Virus record (IMG/VR): IMGVR_UViG_3300048577_000134
Span: 1 to 39,549 of that record
Length of the DNA: 39,549 bases
Reading direction: 5' to 3' (one strand)
DNA from: a virus
Lineage: Duplodnaviria > Caudoviricetes
A program made the position numbers and the translations under genes. This document shows, piece by piece, positions 32,921-39,549 of the stretch. Below the pieces are notes generated by a model that searched no databases, was not told the DNA's origin, and saw only the letters and a list, made by a program, of their open reading frames with translations. Position 1 is the first letter of the stretch. Each line of letters opens with the position of its first letter.

Positions 32921-34750
32921 ATGGGAATGTTCTACCGCACCGTTTTTCTTGGAGCCGATCTCGCGCTCTTCCTCCCAGACCCAAACTGGCGCTGGGCCGT
33001 CGAGGTGACGCATCGCAAGGAGTCTCTTCTCGATGCCGGAAAAACCGGACGCGAGAACCGCCGCCCTCGGCGCTTCACGATCACGCACGAGTTGTCCGCA
33101 ACCTGGAGACTTAAGCAGGCGCTCACCGCCGAGCTTGAGGCGCAACTCTACACGCTTAGCGTGCCAACGACTGGAGATCGCGTCTATGTCGGTATGCCGA
33201 TGTTCATGGATCAGCTGGCGCCCGCCCGCTGGTCCGAGCGAATCTACGATGCGCAGTGGGTCATCAACTACGACGAGACGGGTTACGCGATCTATGCCTC
33301 CGACGCGATTCCTGCCTCTCCTGTGCGCCGCTGGCTCGCGCCTCTGATCGTCGGTCGCCTTGATGGGCGTCCGACGCTCCAGGCCTGCACGGATCGCGAG
33401 GCTCAATTCTCTCTTAAGCTTCTCGAAAAGTCTCCTTGGGACTACCGAATTTCTCCCGCGCCCGAGGGCGTCGTGAGTGCGTCCTGGCCCGCCGCCTTGG
33501 TGGGGCTGGATAATTGGCGCGAGCTTCCCAAGAGCGCCACCGAGGAGATTATGGTGTACGAAGATCTGGGCGACGGACGCATCGAGGCCGCCGATGGCCA
33601 GGAGGGCAACACGCGCCGAGTGCAGACCTTCATGATGACCATGAAGACGCGCCCGCAGATTCGCACGCTTCTCAATTTCTTCATGGCGCGGAAGGGGCGC
33701 GTTCAATCCTTCGATGCTCCCTGGCTGCTTCGTCCAGGCGCCGACACCGCCGAGACACCGCACTCCACTAAAGCTCGTTTTTCTGAGGACGCCATCAAGC
33801 TCACCTACACGAGCGATTCGGCTGCCAACGCAAAGATCGGCTTTACCCAGGTGCCCTGGGAAATCGCGGGCGTCGATGGTGAGCAACCTGAGCAAGCGGC
33901 TGATGCCTACCTATACCGCCTTACGATGGACGTGCCTGGCGGTCCTCTCCAATGGCGCTATACGTCCTGGGAGACGAATCTAGTCCGTGCAGGTGACGGC
34001 ACATACCTGGGCGACGCGAACGGCCTTTGGGAGCACGACAAGATCACCCAGGCAATCGACCTTAGCGACGAGCCTGTGACACTCGCCTCGTGGATTCTCA
34101 CGGATAATCCACTGATTCGCGTCGTGCAGCGCATCGTCGACGTGCCTATCGAGCTGGAGATTTTCAAGTGCGACCCGTCGAATCCCGATACCGCGGAGCA
34201 GTGTTACTCGGGCGAGATCGACAAGGTCACGCTCAAGTCGCGCAAGCTCACCGCCTCCACGCTCGTGCTCGGTGGGCGTCTCGCTGCCAAGGTTCCGAAT
34301 TTCTACTTCGGAGGAGAGTGTAACTACGAGTTCTGTGACGAGGGATGCCAGCTCGCCGCGGCAGCTTGGACCTTCGCCGGCACAGTCGTTAGCCAGGTCG
34401 GAAACGTGCTCACTCTTTCAGTCGCGAGCAATCCGCCAGGAGCTTCGCTCGCTGCCGACTGGTTTGCTAAGGGCTGGATATCGAAAGGCTCGGGAGCCAC
34501 CTACGAGCTGAAGCAAATCGTCCGCTCCTCTGATCTCGGAGCAGGCCAGCAAAGCTTCACGCTCCAGAGGCCGTTTATCTCCGCACAAGCGGGCGACGTG
34601 CTCACGTTCATGCCCTACTGCGGGGGAACGAAGACCGAGTGCGAAACCAAGTTCGGAAACTACATCAACATGGGTGCGCACCCTCACATTTCCTCGCGCA
34701 ACCTCTCGATTCCGCGCCGAGAAACCAACACTTCAGCCGCTAAAAAATGA
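32921..34750 (+). CDS. Tail tip protein: distal-tail-like N-terminus fused to a DUF2163/BR0599-type hub
   Basis: FFMARKGRVQSF, C..EFCDEGC and YCGGTKTECETKFGNYINMGAHPHI motifs. Confidence 0.78.
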   Translation: MGMFYRTVFLGADLALFLPDPNWRWAVEVTHRKESLLDAGKTGRENRRPRRFTITHELSATWRLKQALTAELEAQLYTLSVPTTGDRVYVGMPMFMDQLAPARWSERIYDAQWVINYDETGYAIYASDAIPASPVRRWLAPLIVGRLDGRPTLQACTDREAQFSLKLLEKSPWDYRISPAPEGVVSASWPAALVGLDNWRELPKSATEEIMVYEDLGDGRIEAADGQEGNTRRVQTFMMTMKTRPQIRTLLNFFMARKGRVQSFDAPWLLRPGADTAETPHSTKARFSEDAIKLTYTSDSAANAKIGFTQVPWEIAGVDGEQPEQAADAYLYRLTMDVPGGPLQWRYTSWETNLVRAGDGTYLGDANGLWEHDKITQAIDLSDEPVTLASWILTDNPLIRVVQRIVDVPIELEIFKCDPSNPDTAEQCYSGEIDKVTLKSRKLTASTLVLGGRLAAKVPNFYFGGECNYEFCDEGCQLAAAAWTFAGTVVSQVGNVLTLSVASNPPGASLAADWFAKGWISKGSGATYELKQIVRSSDLGAGQQSFTLQRPFISAQAGDVLTFMPYCGGTKTECETKFGNYINMGAHPHISSRNLSIPRRETNTSAAKK

Positions 34751-35226
34751 AACCCTATTTCCAGTCTGAAGAACGCCAGGCCTCACTATGGGCCGAGGCA
34801 AAAAAGTGGGAAGGTACGCCCTTCTTTGCGAACCAGGCGTCAATCGGCCACGGGGTCGGCTGTGTTAATCTGGTCCATGAGATTCTCTCGGCTCCGAGCG
34901 TTGCCGCAGTGCCTCGTCTCGATCCGCTCCCTGTGTACACGCTCGATCACGGTCAGCACGCGACCAGCTCTCAGCTTATCCGTTATCTATTCGAGCACCC
35001 GCTCCTCGCCGGGCGCCTGGTCTTCGTCCCCTTCGAGTCGCCACGACTCCCTGGCGATCTCCTGGGCGTGCTTTCTGGCACGCTGGACCACCACCTCGCG
35101 CTGGTGCTGCCCTGGCACAAAGCCATTCATGCAATGGAAGGATTCGGCACGGTGATTCACGATCTTTCCGACGACAAGTTGACGCGTCGCACGCTCTACG
35201 TGCTCCGACTTCTGGACAACAAATGA
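34747..35226 (+). CDS. NlpC/P60-family tail tip protein
   Basis: AKKWEGTPF...GVGCVNLV...PGDLL...HHLAL...IHA. Confidence 0.82.
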   Translation: MKPYFQSEERQASLWAEAKKWEGTPFFANQASIGHGVGCVNLVHEILSAPSVAAVPRLDPLPVYTLDHGQHATSSQLIRYLFEHPLLAGRLVFVPFESPRLPGDLLGVLSGTLDHHLALVLPWHKAIHAMEGFGTVIHDLSDDKLTRRTLYVLRLLDNK

Positions 35227-38200
35227 GCTGGGGAAAATCCAACATTCCGACCTCGTCACCGACGGTTGCCGGTGTGGACGCCAATGACATGTCCACCAAT
35301 GAGCAGGCGCGCCCGGTGAAGTGGTTCGCCGGCCTTGAGTGGTGCGAACTGACTTGGGTGGTCGACAAGGTATATAACCAGCGCACCGAGGAAATCCGCC
35401 AGAAGGCCGGAAAGGGAAAAGAGACGACGACGGGCTACCGCTACTATGGAGACGTGGCTGGTATCGCCTGCCTTGGTCTTGCCGACAAGATTCTGGCTTT
35501 TGAGAGCGGCAACACGGTTATCTGGACGGGAAGCATCACGCGTCCGGACAACCCGGCGCATCCGGACTACTGGCGCACGATCATCACCACGAGCGTCGCA
35601 AAGGTGGGCTTCTACTGGGGCCGAGCTGATCAGCCGGTTGATGATCTCTTGCTCGCCGGCATAGGCGCCGCCGACTCGACCCTCGCGCATCCCGCCTACC
35701 GGAACCAGTGCCTAGTCGTGCTCCAGAATTACTTTTTCGGAGAGAATACCGAGACGGTTCCGAGCACGCGAGTGCTCGTTTGGCGCGCGCCTCGTCCTGC
35801 GCTTGGCAATTTCGCTCCTCAATTTTCCGAGGGAGGCGAAAGTGTTGTCGCAGCACAGCTGGAGTTGGCGACAAGCCCGATCTTTGGGGCAGGCATTTCC
35901 GCAAAGCATTTCATCGCGGCAGAGTGGGAGTCGATCTCTGCCGACGTACTTGCCTCTATCGGCGGACTTTCCCCCTCCCTTGATCGCGCAGTCCCGTTGC
36001 GTGACGTGGTGAAAGACCTGCAATCGTACTACGACGGATGGACGCGCTTCGATAATGGCCGCCTGAAGCCCGGACGATTCCCTCACGATGGCACTGTACC
36101 GGCAGGGCTGACGGAGCTGTCTGTTCATGACTTCATCGACCATCCCGACGTCAGCGCCGGCACGCCATCCAGCACGGTCAACGACGTGCGGGTGATTTAT
36201 CGCGACCGCTACGATCTCCTGGAGAATAAGCCCGCCACCTCGTCGGCTTCCGCCAACGTGAAGGCGAGAAAAGGCCACGAACCGAAGAGCATGGAGATGC
36301 CTGCCTTTATCACCGAGAACCAGGCCTCGCGCTTTGCTGCCGAGGCAGCAGCGACAGGAGCAGAGGGTGAATGGGGCGGCGAGGGCCTGCGCGTCAGGAC
36401 TCCCAGGGCAAAATGGACAAACGGCCCAAGGCTTCAGGCGGGCGACAATTTCAGCCTCGATCTGATCGCTCCTCAGGTTGACCAGGTGTCTCGAATCACC
36501 CGCCGCGTCGACTACTTCCGTACAGCTCCCACGCTCGATTTCGTTGCTGAACATGGCGTCTATCCAACGCCCTATGTGGCTCCGACGAATCTCCGGCCCG
36601 ACATCGGCAAGGTGATTCCTACCGAGATCGTGCAAGCTCGCGTCCTGGAGCTTACCCCTGATCTCGCCGGCACGCTGCTTGGTCTGCCTGTCGCGTTTCT
36701 TGCGAAGCGCCCGAAGTCAAAGTTCGAGGGCGCCGCCATCACGGCGGCAAATATCATCGGCTTCAATGTCTGGTACGGAGGCGCCGCTGGCTCGACTTAT
36801 GACACCATCGGGCACATGTCGGGCTGGGGTGTGCGCGGCACACTCAGAGAGGCCCTGGCGAGCGACACCGGAGACGTTGTCGTCAAGCTGGCGCTCGATG
36901 CCGACAATCTGGACATTGGCCGCATCGTCGCACAGAGCGCCGAGGGCCAGCTCAACGACAACCTTCTGGTGGTGATCGGAGACGAGTTGTTCTCGGCAGG
37001 AGCAATCAGCCTTTCTGGACTAAATCACGACCTATCATGCAAGCGGGTGCGGTTGGGTTCTCTTCCTGCCGCTCATGCCTTGGGCGCGGAGGCCTGGATC
37101 GTGTGGCGCGACGAGCTGCGCACCTTCATGCACGCCGGGTTTGTCGAGAACCAGTCCAGGTATTTCAAGCTTCAGCCTTACACCCAGACAGCCGTAATCG
37201 AGCTAGCCGACGCCGATCCGCTCCTTTACCACTTCCGCGACCGCACCGACGAACTCCCCGTCATCGTACTCGGCGCGCTTCCCGCCACACCGACGACGGG
37301 CGTCACCTATTCGATTTCCGGCCAGATTTCCGACGTCAACGGCGACCTAGTCAGCTATCAGGTCCAGGCCGTGAAGCTCGTGGCTAGCGGTGGAGCTGTC
37401 GACCAGGAGATCACCCTTCAGGCGGGCGACGTGAAGCCGGATAGCAAAGCCTTGATGAGCTTTAAGGCGCCTGTCGTCTTCCCGTCCGCCGGAGTCTGGG
37501 TAATCGTCTCCAGGGCTTACGACGAGCGAAGTGGGTTCCGGGAGGTCCGGTCTGCCGAAATGAACGTTGCGCTCGGAACTGGACTTTTTGGGCCAGACGA
37601 CGGCGTCATTCCAAACTCTGTCACAAGCGTCGTGCTTACGCCTGGGATTGGGTTGATCGTAGCAGAGTGGGCCAACCCGACAAACACGGCCCTCGCTCGC
37701 GTACTGATCTATGCCAACTCTGCGGCGGTAAAACCGGCATCTCCTGCCGCGGTGGCGGCCAGCCCTCAGCAGTTCTATTTCTTCCAGGGGCTTCCCTCTT
37801 CGGCCACGCGCTATTTCTGGTTTGAGGTAGAGGCAAAGAATGGCCGCAAGAGCGCGATTGCGGGTCCGTACAGCGCGACCACGCGCGCTGGAATCGACCT
37901 CACCGATATCGTGCCTGGAATGGAGATGGTGGGCATTGTAGATGCGCTGCCCGCCGCTGCCGGATATACCGGGCCGAAGGCCGTCTTACTGACCACAAAC
38001 GGAAAACTCTACCGATACAGCGGAGGGGCCTGGACGGCGGCTGTTCCAGCTGCAGACGTGAGTGGGCAGCTGACGGACGCCCAGCTGTCGGCCATTGCGG
38101 CTGCAAAGATCGCCGGGCAGCTTACCGATGCCCAGATTTCCGCCATCGCGGCGGCAAAGGTGTCTGGACAGCTTACCGATGCCCAAATCGCGGCTATCGC

Positions 38201-39290
38201 GGCAGCCAAAGTGACTGGCCAGATCGGCAGCACGCAGATTGCGGACGACGCCATCACAAGCCCCAAGATCGCCGCCGGGGCTGTCACGGCTAGCGAAATA
38301 GCCGCTGGTGCGGTTGTGGCGGGTAAAATCGCAGCCAATGCAATCACCGCAACTGAGCTTTCGGCGGGATCGGTTACGACAGCCAAGATTGCCGCCGGGG
38401 CAGTAACGGCTGGAGAGGTTGCAGCTGGTGCGATCACTACCGTCAAGCTTTCCGCTGGGGCCGTAACGGCGAACGAGTTGGCGGCAGGTTCAGTGGTCGC
38501 CGGGAAGATCGCTGCCGGGTCCGTGACGGCAACAGAGCTGTCAGCAGGGTCGGTTACAACATCAAAGCTGGCTGCCAATGCCGTCACGGCAAACGAGCTG
38601 GCTGCAAACGCTATCACAGCAGGAAAGATCGCCGCTGGTGCAGTCACGGCCACAGCCATCGGGGCAAACACGATCATCGCCCAGACAGCCAACATTGCAG
38701 ACGGGGTAATTACCTCGGCCAAGATCGCCAGTCTTGTTGCCGACAAGCTAGCTGCGGGCGACCTAAACGCTATGCGTCTGATCGCTTCCTTAGTCAGGGG
38801 TGACGTCAAAATTTTTAACGAGGAAGACGCTTCCCGTCTTTATCCGACGACCAGCCATGTTTTTTCAGCCCTGCTTGGCTCAACCGATGGCGAGACTGTC
38901 CTGACCAACGATAGCCTAATTTTTGAAGGGTGGCGGCGTGGGGATGCAGGTTTCTCCTCGTCGCGTTTCGGGCATCCCTCATTGAGAATGGATGTTTCTG
39001 TAGCTGGAGGCCTTTCCTATTCTGGGTACGGCCCCTATACATGGGCACAATTTGGGCCAGCATGGAGGGTGAGGACAGATGGCGGCTCCTGGGGTGATTG
39101 GAACTTCCCAGGATGGATTGACCACAAACCCACCGAGAGTGCCTCGCGCATCTCTACTTGGCCGGTCAACGGTATTGGCCTGGCTGGCAACCAATCCCTG
39201 CAAATAGGGATGCGTCTAGCAGTTTTCGGTGGCGGGACGGTATCCGTCTCGTCCGGCGGAGACACTTGGGCCAGGATATTCAATTTCTAG
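35223..39290 (+). CDS. Large tail tip/central fibre protein (J-like) with FN3/Ig domains and a repetitive shaft
   Basis: 1355 aa, last gene. HPAYR motif, FN3-like TRYFWFEVEAKNGRKS, repeats near the C-terminus. Confidence 0.85.
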   Translation: MSWGKSNIPTSSPTVAGVDANDMSTNEQARPVKWFAGLEWCELTWVVDKVYNQRTEEIRQKAGKGKETTTGYRYYGDVAGIACLGLADKILAFESGNTVIWTGSITRPDNPAHPDYWRTIITTSVAKVGFYWGRADQPVDDLLLAGIGAADSTLAHPAYRNQCLVVLQNYFFGENTETVPSTRVLVWRAPRPALGNFAPQFSEGGESVVAAQLELATSPIFGAGISAKHFIAAEWESISADVLASIGGLSPSLDRAVPLRDVVKDLQSYYDGWTRFDNGRLKPGRFPHDGTVPAGLTELSVHDFIDHPDVSAGTPSSTVNDVRVIYRDRYDLLENKPATSSASANVKARKGHEPKSMEMPAFITENQASRFAAEAAATGAEGEWGGEGLRVRTPRAKWTNGPRLQAGDNFSLDLIAPQVDQVSRITRRVDYFRTAPTLDFVAEHGVYPTPYVAPTNLRPDIGKVIPTEIVQARVLELTPDLAGTLLGLPVAFLAKRPKSKFEGAAITAANIIGFNVWYGGAAGSTYDTIGHMSGWGVRGTLREALASDTGDVVVKLALDADNLDIGRIVAQSAEGQLNDNLLVVIGDELFSAGAISLSGLNHDLSCKRVRLGSLPAAHALGAEAWIVWRDELRTFMHAGFVENQSRYFKLQPYTQTAVIELADADPLLYHFRDRTDELPVIVLGALPATPTTGVTYSISGQISDVNGDLVSYQVQAVKLVASGGAVDQEITLQAGDVKPDSKALMSFKAPVVFPSAGVWVIVSRAYDERSGFREVRSAEMNVALGTGLFGPDDGVIPNSVTSVVLTPGIGLIVAEWANPTNTALARVLIYANSAAVKPASPAAVAASPQQFYFFQGLPSSATRYFWFEVEAKNGRKSAIAGPYSATTRAGIDLTDIVPGMEMVGIVDALPAAAGYTGPKAVLLTTNGKLYRYSGGAWTAAVPAADVSGQLTDAQLSAIAAAKIAGQLTDAQISAIAAAKVSGQLTDAQIAAIAAAKVTGQIGSTQIADDAITSPKIAAGAVTASEIAAGAVVAGKIAANAITATELSAGSVTTAKIAAGAVTAGEVAAGAITTVKLSAGAVTANELAAGSVVAGKIAAGSVTATELSAGSVTTSKLAANAVTANELAANAITAGKIAAGAVTATAIGANTIIAQTANIADGVITSAKIASLVADKLAAGDLNAMRLIASLVRGDVKIFNEEDASRLYPTTSHVFSALLGSTDGETVLTNDSLIFEGWRRGDAGFSSSRFGHPSLRMDVSVAGGLSYSGYGPYTWAQFGPAWRVRTDGGSWGDWNFPGWIDHKPTESASRISTWPVNGIGLAGNQSLQIGMRLAVFGGGTVSVSSGGDTWARIFNF
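38064..38760 (+). repeat. Coding tandem repeats in the fibre shaft
   Basis: Three 17-aa units (GQLTDAQxxAIAAAKxx) followed by more than a dozen 10-aa units (IAAGAVTAxE/K), degenerate at DNA level. Confidence 0.85.
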
Positions 39291-39376
39291 TCCAAAAATG
39301 CCGCCTTGCGGCCATCTTAAGGCAGCCTCTAGCGTTCTTTAATAAACCCGGTCAGGATCACCTCAAAATCCAGAAA

Positions 39377-39410
39377 AGTCCCAAACCTCTGTCAATTTGG
39401 ACCAAACCCG
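39377..39410 (-). repeat. Right-end putative transposase binding sites (2 copies)
   Basis: 39377-39395 is the exact 19-bp reverse complement of 290-308. A degenerate outer site (CGGGTTTGGTCC on the minus strand) has the same spacing from the terminal TG as the first left site. Confidence 0.75.
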
Positions 39411-39423
39411 GCGTCGGCTTACA

Positions 39424-39427
39424 CCTG
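39424..39427 (+). repeat. Right copy of putative 4-bp target site duplication CCTG
   Basis: Follows ...GGCTTACA and matches 141-144. Confidence 0.6.
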
Positions 39428-39480
39428 AACTGGAGTTTTCATTCACCCTGCAGATGATTTGGTTCAGGTTCGTAAGTTCT

Positions 39481-39511
39481 TTCTTTGTGAGTTTTTGTGC
39501 ACCAGTGGGCT
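39481..39511 (-). repeat. Right arm of host palindromic (REP-like) element
   Basis: Reverse complement AGCCCACTGGTGCACAAAAACTCACAAAGAA shares the GCACAAAAA-nn-CACAAA core with 93-123. Confidence 0.5.
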
Positions 39512-39549
39512 CAAGTCATCGCAGGCTGAGAGGATTTCCCGCAATGTTT

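Larger units (their letters stand above)
145..39423. mobile_element. Complete Mu-like transposable prophage with non-contractile tail and a DGR
   Basis: TG at 145 and CA at 39422-39423, with CCTG directly outside both ends. Repeated GGTTTGGGAC-type sites at both ends in inverted orientation. Transposase, B ATPase, Gam, and Mu-type terminase, portal, protease and gp36-like genes. No integrase seen. Confidence 0.93.

Noticed and set aside
32756-33895. 379-aa minus-strand ORF, and similar long antisense ORFs such as 7259-8080 and 35712-36635
   Set aside because: They lie opposite well-supported genes in GC-rich DNA and have no motifs.
38009-38809. 266-aa minus-strand repetitive ORF
   Set aside because: Antisense shadow of the Ala/Thr/Val fibre repeats.
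38800-39290. Third variable repeat at the fibre C-terminus
   Set aside because: No match to the TR core (GGCTCTCGTTGCGTG or GGGGCGCGCGCCTGCTGTGA) seen here or elsewhere by eye; a BLASTN of the TR against the window would confirm.
1-39549. CRISPR array, tRNA or rRNA genes, integrase, gin invertase, mom, tail sheath
   Set aside because: No regularly spaced repeat-spacer units, cloverleaf or matching protein motifs were recognised.

Overview
The window is almost entirely one apparently complete Mu-like (transposable) prophage of about 39.3 kb (TG at 145 to CA at 39423, flanked by CCTG), with about 130-140 bp of host DNA on each side. An early operon runs leftward from about 9.9 kb (Ner/Cro-like regulator, DUF3102, transposase A, ATPase B, Gam, small accessory genes). 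An XRE repressor and AT-richer accessory genes sit at 10-12 kb. A rightward late region follows: membrane and lipoprotein genes, terminase, portal, protease/scaffold, capsid, Dam-family methylase, MuF, and a non-contractile tail. The main feature is an intact BPP-1-type diversity-generating retroelement (mtd-like target, avd, TR, RT; 25711-28743) inserted between the tail tube and tail chaperone genes. Its single template repeat appears to diversify two targets. One is the adjacent Mtd-like tail protein (VR1, 13 mismatches, all at TR adenines). The other is an N-terminally shortened Mtd paralogue about 26 kb away on the opposite strand, in the early operon (VR2, 12 mismatches, all at TR adenines), with its own IMH and a perfect GAAA hairpin. 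Family assignments come from motif recognition and recalled reference sequences; no database search was run.
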